Assembly: GCF_009914755.1 (NCBI RefSeq)
Contig: NC_060931.1
Length of the DNA: 64,000 bases
Source: the human T2T-CHM13v2.0 reference genome, Homo sapiens
Reading direction: 5' to 3' (one strand)
The notes below the pieces were generated by a model. It worked only from the letters and a program-made list of their open reading frames with translations. It ran no database searches and was not told where the DNA came from. This document shows positions 1 through 17,690 of the stretch, piece by piece (within the stretch, counting starts at the first letter, position 1; every line of letters begins with the position of its first letter). The position numbers and the translations under genes are program-made.

Positions 1-340
1 CTTTCACAGCTCTGGAGGCCAAAAGTCCAAATTCCATGTGTCAGCAGGGCCACAAAGACTCTAGGGGAGAATCATTCCTTTCCTCCTCCAGTTTCTGGTG
101 GCTCCAGGCCTTAGTGGGTTGGTGGTTGCATCACTTCAATACTTGTTTACATCTTCATATGGCCTTATCTATATCTTTGTCTGCTGTCTCTTACCAGGAC
201 ACTTGTCATTAGATCTTGGTCTCATCTCAAGAACTTTAGTCCCATCTGCAAATATTTTATTTGTAAATAATATCACATCCACAAGTTCTGGGGATTAGGA
301 CTTGGATATATGTTTTGGGGAGTCACCATTGAACTCACTA
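1..340 (-). mobile_element. MaLR LTR (MLT1B/C-like), partial
   Basis: tcacagctctggaggccaaaagtccaa...ggggattaggacttggatat...actcactaca matches the antisense MLT1 pattern. Confidence 0.75.
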
Positions 341-859
341 CAGATGGCTACATAAACAATCACTTATAAAATACATGCAGTAGAGCTATCTCATACTCTA
401 ACAAGGAAATAATCATATTTCCCTTTTTAACTATTTACAAAAAAATGAAAAATTTGTTTTAAGATATTTTCATATGAATTGTGAAGCTACACGTTTAAAT
501 AGCAATCTTTTCAATCTATCAATATCTTCTACATTATCATAGCATTTTCATTATTGTGAATTTTGTTCTAATTTTGGAATTTACTACTTCTTAAATAGAT
601 AACAATTATTTAGAAAGAAGTCTTGGAAAAACCAATTTTTTTCTTCTGTTTAAAGAAACAAGTACACATAAATACAATCTTAAAATTCAACATAAAAGTA
701 TGGAGAAAAAAATTATTCTCCTTCAATATTCCTTTCTTAATCCCTCTCTCTTCCTTAGACAAATAACAGTTTAAAATTTCTTTCCGAAACTTTTGGGCAT
801 ACATAAAGGACAGTTGTTTGTGGGTTTTTTTGTTTATTATAAATGAGATTATGGTCAGT

Positions 860-1155
860 GAATTGCATTTTCTCTTTACCAATACCTCTTGAAGATATCT
901 GTCTACATGGACATCTATACTATTATTTTTGTAACTGCACAATATTGATAGAAATAATGCGCCATAATTTGTTGATGAACATCTAATTTACTTTCAAATT
1001 TTTTATATCACAAAAATGTTTTAATGTCATATATCTTTAAGAACGTGCAAATATTTCTATAGGATAGATATTTAGAGGTAAAATTCTTTGGTCAAAGTTA
1101 TGCACATGTCCACTTTGATTTATCCTGCTCATTTGTCTTGCAAAATGCTCTGTGA
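860..1155 (-). mobile_element. old L1ME-type 3' fragment
   Basis: gcaaatatttctataggatagatatttagaggtaaaatt...ggtcaaag motif, highly diverged. Confidence 0.55.
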
Positions 1156-1292
1156 AAGGGACAATTATGGCTAAAGAATAATCCTTACGTGGTCAATTAA
1201 CCAGCTATATTCTTCTATAATAGCTGGACAGATCATGTGGGCAAAAGGATATACATGTATATGTTTATATGCATCTGTATATTTTTATGTAC

Positions 1293-1295
<3 letters not shown>

Positions 1296-1328
<33 letters not shown>
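1296..1328. repeat. (TG)n microsatellite
   Basis: about 16 consecutive TG units. Confidence 0.95.
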
Positions 1329-1331
<3 letters not shown>

Positions 1332-2729
1332 ATATACTGTTTGTTTTTTCTATCTAGGTGTTATAGAAAGCCACTTAGCATCAGCTGGATAAATTAGAAA
1401 AAAAGTCACTTATGCTAATATCCCCCCATCCACCCAAATAGGCTAAGCATCATACACTCAAATAAGGAAAAAGAGAGCCATTTTTTTCAGTGTAGTAAAC
1501 AAACCACAATAAAAAAAAAAAACCTAAAAGAAAAAAGTAGCATCTGTTCTGCTTTATGGACCAGTGCCATGGTCCCAAGGCAGAACACTCTCTCAGTTCA
1601 AGAATTCGCCCTGAGAATGGAGGCAGCTCCAAAATATCTAATGGAGGCATCTTAAATCAACACAAGAGCTCAATTCAACAATGCCATCACAACTCTGTAC
1701 TTTTTTCCCAACAGTTCTAGCAGAAGAAAACTTGCTAAAAGTTATATGTAACTTGAATTCCAAGGTGATCTGAATAAAATGAGTGCAGCACCACAAATTA
1801 TGTATTTAGATGCTTTTCAGCTAATCTAGGAAAGAAAGAATATCTTTTCCTCAGGCAAAAGGTTAAACTGGAGTGACAGTAGCATAAAAAAACTTATTGT
1901 GGTGCCTCAATAGCTGTCACTCCTGACTTCAGCACTCAGCATAATTATATCAACATAGTAATAAAAATAATTCCAAAGTATTTGAACATGGTATGTCCTT
2001 AAAACAGGTTGACAACTAAGGATGCACATATTTTGAAGGTAGCAGACTTACAGCTCTTTAAAATGCAGCAGGAAACTGCATTTCTAAAATACAGGAATAC
2101 ATAGAATTATTTATCAAGTCATTATAGAATATTTACAGCCTTAGAAAATTTATCATGTTCCATTAAGTAGAGTTTGCTTCCATCAAGCTATTCCTTATGC
2201 AGAGCTTCAAATACCCTTCATCTAACCTCACTGAAGTCCAGTGTACACTTTCTGCCTCTGAAATATCTCCACATATATCCTTATCACATATTTGGCAAAA
2301 TAGGGGGTCAAGCAATAAAAACCTGATAGGTTGTATTGCATGGAATTGCTTTCTGATCAAAATCTAAGATGCATAAAATGTTGGGTTGTTGCAGAGTTTG
2401 TTGTATTTACAACAAAGCAGAAAAGTTAGTCAATTTAAACATATGAAATCGGCTGCACTAAAGATTAGAACACCCTGGGGATCAGAGACACAGTTCAGGA
2501 TGGCTGAGCACTGACAGTGTGACATATTTCAGGACAAAAGGATTTTGTACTGGGGGAATGATTCCATTCTACCGACGAGCAAATGGAGCAAATGATTATT
2601 TTTGCATTCTTTATGTGTTATTCTTTGACTTCTCTTTTCACCATTTGGAGATCAAACTGTTTTTGGCTGTTCTGTGACTTTTTTAACCAACGATCGGATA
2701 CCTTTTTCTCTGCTTGTTTTCACTTGTTT

Positions 2730-4775
<2,046 letters not shown>

Positions 4776-5239
4776 GGTGGGATGGCAATTTGCTCTATGG
4801 CTGGGGCCCTTGTAATTCCAATCTATTACAAGAGCCCACACACGGTTATTAAACATGCATTAGCAGGTCAGCTGGTTTCTGCCTATCCTGTCTGTGATTA
4901 ATTCTTCTAGAAAGGAGAACAGTGATAAATCTCTTCTATCCTATAAAGAGTTTCTCACTCTCTGATGTCTTGTTCATTTGGGTTTCTTTATGTGCTCAGC
5001 TTTATGATGTTTTTTAAAATATCATTTTTATACCTTATCTGGTTTGTTTGGGTTATTAATTTAAGACTAACGGTCTTTTGTGACTTTTTACATCCAAACT
5101 AGAAATCAATCAATTATGTGGTTTTTTAAAATAGTTTTAAGGTAACCTTCCTCTTTACTATGTCTGAAAGTACAAAAAGGAAATGAATCAAATAGTGGTC
5201 AGGACAACAAAATCATAAAGAAATCTGTTGACTTATGGC

Positions 5240-5458
5240 TTGCTATGTGCTAGGTCCTAGATTTACAAGTATCACCAAATTCAGTTCTTAGAACAACCCT
5301 ATGAGGGAGGCATGACAGTCATTATCCCCATTTCACAGCTGAGTAAGCTGAAATACAGAGTACATAACTAGTTTGTCTGATGAAACACAGCTCTTAAATG
5401 AAAAAACTGGGATTTAAACACAAGTAGTATGGGTTTCGAGCCTACATTCTCACCACCT
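5240..5458 (-). mobile_element. MIR
   Basis: core acaaccctatgagg...attatccccatttcacagctgagtaagctga. Confidence 0.8.
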
Positions 5459-5649
5459 TCTCTTCAATTTCCCTCTAACAAATCTTATCATTTCTACATT
5501 TACCCTCATTTCCCAAGTACGATAGCTATCTGGAATTTTTAACTGTAAGTGCTCATTTCTTTTTTGAGTTGTGCCGCTTCTGCAATTTTCATCTGCAATT
5601 TTCATCTATACAATCTCTTACACTCACTTAGTATTTTTATATAATAGAT

Positions 5650-5895
5650 ACAACTTATTAAGTGCTCATATAAAAGATATTGTGTGTTATTAACAGTAGT
5701 TTTGTATATATTATTCACAAATATCACAAAAATTCTTAAAGATAGATGATGTTGTTCTCACTCTATTTGGGGGTCCAAATTAAGTTCCAAAGCAAGCAAT
5801 TGTCTTAATTCACATAAAAATTAGTCAAAGGGTGAAATTGGAATCTGACCAATCTTGGGTTTAAAGCCCATGTTCCCTTTACCACTCCACACAGC
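5650..5895 (-). mobile_element. MIR (diverged)
   Basis: acttattaagtgctc...ttaaagcccatgttccctttaccactccacacagcctc. Confidence 0.55.
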
Positions 5896-6130
5896 CTCTC
5901 TCTCATGAATGACTCTCCGAGTCTTCTGAACTCATCGTCACAACTCCCTTTCCTCATATTTTATTAGGTACTCTAACTGGGTATTTATTTAAATGCTACT
6001 TCTTTGTGTATCATTACTTTATTTTTGCTTCTGCTATTTTAAATTCATTTGTTTGAAGTTAAGGCCTCAATGTCTACTGGAGCCTCCTTTGGAGGATATT
6101 CTTAAAACTGAAATTTAGATTAAAAAATAT

Positions 6131-6230
6131 AAATGACGAGTTAATGGGTGCAGCACACCAATATGGCACATGTATACATATGTAACTAACCTGCACGTTG
6201 TGCCCATGTACCCTAAAACTTAAAGTATAA
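6131..6230 (+). mobile_element. severely 5'-truncated L1PA 3' end (100 bp)
   Basis: aaatgacgagttaatgggtgcagcacacc...cctaaaacttaaagtataa; TSD taaaaaatat at 6121-6130 and 6231-6240. Confidence 0.95.
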
Positions 6231-7341
6231 TAAAAAATATGTATATATAAGGAAATAATCATTAATGGAAATGAGTGAAAGAAGTCAACCAAGCAGACTT
6301 TCAGATGTGTACAGTAGATTGGGGTCTGGGGCCCATACTATGGGCAGGACCTGGTTCTCAGCTACTAGAGTTAGGAGAAATAATGCAGAATCTCTCTGCT
6401 CATTCTCATAAAGGTATGAAATTACATGTGATTCCACATTACCATTATTACCATTTTTTTTCAAACAACCCCTCATACCAACTTTATCTACTTCAAAATA
6501 CAATACACAATTAATGTCCATTTTAACATGGATTCAACAGAATGAAAGGAGATCAAAAAGGCTCCCAAACTCCTCAGGGCTGACTCTGATACTTGCACTC
6601 CACCACCATTACTGCCAGTAAAACTTGTCCAATTCTAGCCTCATATATCAAAAATCTCATGCATAGCTTCCACATGCATATAGTTTCTTGAATCATTTAG
6701 ATAAAAGAAGAAAAACTCTATAATAAGGGCTTGCAATCGGAGAGACTGTCACTTGATCTACTAATACTCAATTTATGGTAGGCCCTATGCAAAAATCTAT
6801 AATTCGTAATTTTGCACCTATTTCTGAAATTTAATGGCACTTAACAAGATTTAAAAATACTGAACGCTTATCTTCATTCTCAGTACAGAAACCCTTCAGA
6901 GAAAAAATTCTGCTACTCTCTTAGGACTGAATCTCATTTCAGACACATGTTCCTTTCTATAGCTCAGGTGTAATTATTTAAATGTCATTAAATCCTTCAA
7001 ATCTGTTTGATAAAGTAATTGAAATTAATTCATGTAATTTATTTTACTTTCAATGATAGAAACGTGTGCACATAAATGTCACTGCACTGCCAAACCCAGT
7101 GGATCGCAACTGAGTTTTCTTTCTGAGGATTTCTAGTCAGCAGGGATTTTAACTTCCAAATGCAAAAATTTCTCTCTTGCAGCACATAAGTGGGCTGAGG
7201 CACTAATTAGCAAGTTTCATTAGTAAGAAATTCTCTCATTCAGGCCTATGACCAAAGAGATGAAGCTAGGACGTTATTGAGACCAAGTTCCTGCTCTAAA
7301 GCGATCCCTGTAATACTATCACAAATTATAATAGTGCTTTT

Positions 7342-7735
7342 TATTTTTTTCTTTTATTATACTTTAAGTTTTAGGGTACATGTGCACAATGTGCAGGTTA
7401 GTTACATATGTATATATGTGCCATGTCGGTGTGCTGCACCCAGTAACTCGTCATTTAACATTAGGTATATCTCCTAATGTTATCCCTCCCCCATCCCCCC
7501 TGCCCCCACCCCACAATAGGCCCCGCTGTGTGATGTTCCCCTTCCTGTGTCCATGTGTTCTCATTGTTCTATTCCCACCTATGAGTGAGAACATGCGGTG
7601 TTTGGTTTTATGTCCCTGTGATAGTTTGCAGAGAATGATGGTTTCCAGCTTCATCCATGTCCCTACAAAGGACATGAACTCATCCTTTTTTATAGCTGCA
7701 TAGTATTCCATGGTGTATATGTGCCACATTTTCTT
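7342..7735 (-). mobile_element. host L1PA4-like element, 3' UTR part
   Basis: polyT tail and L1PA 3' UTR with gttaaatgacgag (antisense); resumes at 13284. Confidence 0.93.
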
Positions 7736-7750
7736 TTTTTTTAGGTTTAC

Positions 7751-7793
<43 letters not shown>

Positions 7794-7992
7794 CTTTAAG
7801 TTTTAGGGTACATGTGCACAATGTGCAGGTTAGTTACATATGTATACATGTGCCATACTGGTGCGCTGCACCCACTAACTCGTCATCTAGCATTAGGTAT
7901 ATCTCCCAGTGCTATCCCTCCCCCCTCCCCCCACCCCACAACAGTCCCCAGAGTGTGATGTTCCCCTTCCTGTGTCCATGTGTTCTCATTGT

Positions 7993-11818
<3,826 letters not shown>

Positions 11819-11866
11819 CTATTTTGCTCGTTAGTTGATGCAGTTTCTTCCTAGTCTGGATGGTCT

Positions 11867-12881
11867 TTACATTTTGGCATGATTTTGCAGTGGCTGGTAC
11901 CGGTTGTTCCTTTCCATGTTTTGCACTTCCTTCAGGAGCTCTTTTAGGGCAGGCCTGGTGGTGACAAAATCTCTCAGCATTTGCTTGTCTGTAAAGTATT
12001 TTATTTCTCCTTCACTTATGAAGCTTAGTTTGGCTGGATATGAAATTCTGGGTTGAAAATTCTTTTCTTTAAGAATGTTGAATTTTGGTCCCCACTCTCT
12101 TCTGGCTTGTAGAGTTTCTGCCGAGAGATCAGCTGTTAGTCTGATGGGCTTCCCTTTGAGGGTAACCCGACCTTTCTCTCTGGCTGCCCTTAACATTTTT
12201 TCCTTCATTTCAACTTTGGTGAATCTGACAATTATGTGTCTTGGAGTTGCTCTTCTCGAGGAGTATCTTTGTGGTGTTCTCTGTATTTCCTGAATCTGAA
12301 TGTTGGCCTACCTTGCTAGATTGGGGAAGTTCTCCTGGATATATCCTGCAGAGTGTTTTCCAACTTGGTTCCATTCTCCCCATCACTTTCAGGTACACCA
12401 ATCAGACGTAGATTTGGTCTTTTCACATAGTCCCATATTTCTTGGAGGCTTTGTTCATTTCTTTTTATTCTTTTTTCTCCAAACTTCCCTTCTCACTTCA
12501 TTTCATTCATTTCATCCTCCATAGCTGATACCCTTTCTTCTAGTTGATCGCATCAGCTCCTGAGGCTTCTGCATTCTTCACATAGTTCTCGAGCCTTGGT
12601 TTTCAGCTCCATCAGCTCCTTTAAGCGCTTCTCTGTATTGGTTATTCTAGTTATACATTCTTCTAAATTTTTTCAAAGTTTTCAACTTCTTTGCTTTTGG
12701 TTTGAATGTCCTCCCGTAGCTCGGAGTAATTTGATCGTCTGAAGCCTTCTTCTCTCAGCTTGTCAAAGTCGTTCTCCATCCAGCTTTGTTCCGTTGCTGG
12801 TGAGGAACTGTGTTCCTTTGGAGGAGGAGAGGCGCTCTGCTTTTTAGAGTTTCCAGTTTTTCTGCTCTGTTTTTTCCCCAT
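11867..12881 (-). pseudogene. L1 ORF1p, frameshifted
   Basis: MGKKQSRKTGNSKKQSASPPPKE ... REKG, ARREW, YPAKLS, NHAKM spread over several frames. Confidence 0.95.
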
Positions 12882-13247
12882 CTTTGTGGTTTTATCTACT
12901 TTTGGTCTTTGATGATGGTGATGTACAGATGGGTTTTTGGTGTGGATGTCCTTTCTGTTTGTTAGTTTTCCTTCTAACAGACAGGACCCTCAGCTGCAGG
13001 TCTGTCGGAGTACCCGCCGTGTGAGGTGTCAGTATGCCCCTGCTGGGGAGTGCCTCCCAGTTAGGCTGCTCAGGGGTCAGGGGTCAGGGGTCAGGGACCC
13101 ACTTGAGGAGGCAGTCTGCCCGTTCTCAGATCTCCAGCTGCGTGCTGGGAGAACCACTGCTCTCTTCAAAGCTCAGATGGAAATGCAGAAATCACCCATC
13201 TTCTGAGTCGCTCACGCTAGGAGCTGTAGACCAGAGCTGTTCCTATT

Positions 13248-13258
13248 CGGCCATCTTG
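13248..13258 (-). promoter_or_regulatory. YY1 site of the L1 5'UTR (retained)
   Basis: caagatggccg near L1 position +12 to +22. Confidence 0.75.
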
Positions 13259-13283
13259 GCTCCTTCCCCTGCCACATTTTCTT

Positions 13284-13633
13284 AATCCAGTCTATCGTTG
13301 TTGGACATTTATCTTGGTTCCAAGTCTTTGCTATTTGGAATAGTGACACAATAAACATACGTGTGCATGTGTCTTATAGCAGCATGATTTATAATCCTTT
13401 GGGTATATACCCAGTAATGGGATGGCTCGGTCAAATGGTATTTCTAGTTCTAGATCACTGAGGAATCACCACACTGACTTCCACAATGGTTGAACTAGTT
13501 TACAGTCCCACCAACAGTGTAAAATTGTCCCTATTTCTCCACATCCTCTCCAGCACCTGTTGTTTCCTGACTTTTTAATGATCGCCATTCTAACTCGTGT
13601 GAGATGGTATCTCATTGTGGTTTTGATTTGCAT
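13284..13633 (-). mobile_element. host L1PA4-like element, continuation (ORF2 C-terminal region)
   Basis: aatccagtctatc... continues exactly from 7735 after the TSD. Confidence 0.93.
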
Positions 13634-13800
13634 CTGACAAAAGGCTAATATCCAGAATCTACAATGAACTCAAACAAATTTACAAGAAAAAAACAAACAA
13701 CCCCATCAAAAAGTGGGCGAAGGATATGAATAGACACTTCTCAAAAGAAGACATTTATGCAGCCAAAAGACACATGAAAAAATGCTCATCACCACTGGAC
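13631..13800 (+). mobile_element. inverted 5' segment of the host L1 (twin priming)
   Basis: sense-strand L1 catctgacaaaaggctaatatccag...ctcatcaccactgg; TSD agtgctttt 7333-7341 and agcgctttt 13802-13810. Confidence 0.9.
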
Positions 13801-16681
13801 AAGCGCTTTTGAAAAACCAGGAAAGACCATAGCAGCAAATAGAATCCCTTTAGAAACTGATTTTGGCATGCCTGGAACAGATGCTACAATCACTTCTAGT
13901 CAGTAAGCACTGATGAACAGCAAAACTGCTACAGGCAAAATGAGCTAATATCTGACCCAAACTCATGTTCACAAAGTCGCTTCAAGATCTCACTTCATAC
14001 ATTTCCCTACATATTTTTTCAGGTGAAACTACAACCTGCCTTTTCTTGAGTAACCCGCCCTTTTGTCCGCTTACAAAGCACAACAGTGTAGATAGTCTTT
14101 GGCTGGCCTGTTAGAAAGTTGATTTGTCATTGCCATTTGTCTAATGCATGCTTGTTACAGAACAAGGAATATGCTTTCAAATAAGGGTATGAAATGTGGT
14201 TTGATGAAACACAGTGAGTGAAGGAAAACTTAGTCCTTGCCTGTGTACTTGTAACATACTAGTCAGTCTGGTGTGGAATATAATAATCTACAACTGATCT
14301 GAGCAAATATTTCTCTCTGATTAGAGGACAGTGATGATAGAATATTCCAGCAAAGTTAAAAAGGAAGAATGTGGTTTCTCCCTATGGTGTAATCCCAGGA
14401 GGAGTTCACTGTTCTTCCTATTTCAGAATTGCTGACAGTTGAAAATTATCTTCAGTTACTTTATTATATGTTTAGATTTGAAGATAAATGAATCAAACAT
14501 CTAATTTAATGCAGTCATTTAATTCTACTGGTTACCTATTCTCTTCTATACAATTGAGTTTTGTATTTCATATCAAAGGGTATCTTTATAGCAGATTAAT
14601 ATGTAAACCACTAGAAAAAACCTTTATAAGTGAAGATGTTTATATGCTCATACATATTTAAAAAATACTTGCATTCTGTGAAAACTACAAATGTCAAATG
14701 ACTTACAGAAAACAGGAAATCATATTGAATTTGTGATTAACATTATAGTAATAACTACATCGCACAAATACACAGATGTATATTTGTTGCCATGATAAAA
14801 GTTTCCTTAAATTATGTGATTTGTAACATATCTTAGCACAAGTCATATTTTCCTTGGTGACCCATGTTACCTCTAAAATATCCACTGGTAAATATATGGA
14901 CAGAATGTTTATTTTCTGTTTGGACTACAAAATCTACATAGACGCATGCAACCTTTAAAGCAATGCAACCATTAAGTAAAGCAAATGACTAAATTTCTGT
15001 GTTGTACTTTCAGCAGTGCCATGTAAACATGAGGCCTGAGGGCACGCTTTAGCAGTTTGCTCTTGCCCTTCTTCAGGTCTGCCCCTCCACATGGGTAAGG
15101 GAACTGCAAGGCCAAGGCTCTGGGAGCTTGGAACTCTGGAATTACTAAGTGGGAAGCTATGGATGAAGCTTGCCTATGAGGACCAAAGTGTACACACATA
15201 TGTACAAAAGGCACCAAGCATCTTGTAATGCAAAACTGATCTTGGCAAAAGAACTAAGAAGCCATAGGCCTACATCTCGGTATACCTGTGAAGATCTAAG
15301 TATTCTAAGAATCTTCAATTCTGACATGGTCTTCCAGTTCATTCCAAATGCATATTCACATTTTGTATCAAAATATGAGGATAGCTCATATTTTGTAATC
15401 ATTTTCTTACCTTGATTTATAACTTTTAAATATTTAGATATATGATATTTAATTACTATTTTTAGTTATACCTTCATCCTAACACAGTTAGGACCAGGTT
15501 TTATCTTTAATAAAGACCCCAATCTTCCTAAGCATGACTCACTTTTCCACTTCACTGCAGAATGGTTTGATTACAGGCTCTAAAAAAATAAACAGAACTA
15601 ATTGCCTATACATAATACATCATAAGTGCCACAATATGCAAGCAAAAGAGGAAACATGCTGCACACATATATTATCAGATAAAGTGCAACAAAGAACATA
15701 AATGTATTATTCATGACATGAAGTGAAATGACTAATGTCTTTAAAACTACATTGCTCCCTACCCATGGACATAAAATGAATTGTTTTAAATGTGTACATG
15801 ATGACATTACAAGCGTTACTAAATAAATTTAAACACTTCAACAGGAGCTATGAAAAAAAAAAAACGGTCAACTATAAAATTACCCAAATTACATTTTCTC
15901 AATTTTTAACAAAATTATAATCATGTTTTTGTCTTGCTTATTAAAAATTTCATAAAGTCAAAAGATATGCAGAAAATAAAGAATACATGTGTATAACTCC
16001 AGAAAATACATGGAAAGAGAAGGAGTTTATCATTAAAGTCTTTGCCACAATACACTTCTCTTCATAATGCTTGAAAGAAATCTTCATAGCAGAGTGAATC
16101 AAATGGAATATGGTAGACTGGTAACAGAGGCAGAATCTATCTGCATTAGTGCATGGAATGCGTCAAGGACCTGACTTTTTAACTTATTAAACATATCTGT
16201 ACCAGATTTTAGGACAATAAGAAACTCGCTTTAAGTCAAAGGATTGAGAAATCTCATATTGATGGGAATTACACATTCTTTTTAGCTAGTATCCCAAGTG
16301 TTATACCCAAAATGGCTCACTAAAGTAACATGAAAATGCTTTAAAAATAGAATACTTGATGATTCATAAAAATAATTAAGGACTGTGTTGGACCAAAATT
16401 TTATCATGATGAAGAATAATTTTGCTACCAACAGAAAAATAATGCAGCATATTTTGCAAATTCTTATGCATATTTTGCTCTTTTGAAAGTCTATATAAAC
16501 ATCGACTTACATTCTTTAATTTTTATTATAATCACATAACTACAATAAACAGAAGCTCAGATTTGCTTCTGACTGTCACTGACAGAATCAACATATATTG
16601 TCTGAAATTTCCAAAGTCAGAGGCAGTAACATTAATTAATGAAAATTACAATGGTTTTGCTTTGAAATTGTGAACTTTTAC

Positions 16682-17690
16682 TTTTTTTCTTTTTAATTAT
16701 TATGGATACATAATAGTTATATGCATTTATGAGGTACTTTGATACAAGCATACGAGGTGCAATGATTAAGTGGGGATAATTGAGATATCCATCACCTCAA
16801 ACATTTATCATTTCTCTGTGCTAGGAACATTTCATATCCACTCCTCTAGTTATTTTTAAAACATACAATAAATTGTTGTTATAGTTGCCCTGTTGTGCTA
16901 CAGAACACTAGCTCTTATTCTATCTAACTGTATTTTTGTACCCATTGACCATCCTCTCTCTATCCCCCTCCTCACCACCCTCCCCAGACTCCAGTAACTA
17001 TCATTCTACTCTCTATCTCCATGAATTTAATTTTTTTAGTTCCCACATATGCATGAGAACATGCAATGCTTCTCCTTATCTGCCTGGCTAATTTTACTTA
17101 ATATAATGTCTTCCAGTTCTATTTATGTAGTTGAAGATGACAAGATCTCATTCTTTATTATGGGTGAATAATATTCCACTGTGTATATGCACCACATTTT
17201 TTTTAATCCAGTCATCTATCAAAGGACACTTGGAATGATTTCACATCTTGACTATTGTGAATAGTGCTACAATAAACATGGGAGTGCAGATATCTCTTCA
17301 ATATATTGATTTTATTTCTTTTGGATATAACTCAGCAGTGGGATTGCTGGATTTTATGGTAGTTCCATTTTTAGTTTTTTGAGGAAACTCCATACTGTTC
17401 TCCATAGTGGCTGTACTAATTTACCTTCCCATCAATAGAGTACGAGGGTTCCACTTTCTCCAACATCCTCACTGGCATCCATTATTGCCTGTCTTTTTTT
17501 ATAAAAGCCATTTTAACTGGGGAGAAGTATCTCATATAGTTTTGACTTGCATTTCTCTGATGGTTAGAGATGTTGAATATTTTTTCATGTAACTGTTGGC
17601 TATTTGTATGTCTTCTTTTGAGAGATATCTGTTCAGATATTTTGTCCATTTTTAATTGGATTAATTTGCTTTTTTTTCTGTTGTGATGTT
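16682..17690 (-). mobile_element. L1MA-type 3' fragment
   Basis: tccatcacctcaaacatttatcatt, cccacatatgcatgagaacatgc, ggaaactccatactgttctccatagtggctgtac. Confidence 0.9.

Noticed and set aside
14972-15415. Three overlapping 81-aa ORFs with donor-like sites
   Set aside because: No recognisable protein and no consistent acceptor-donor exon structure.
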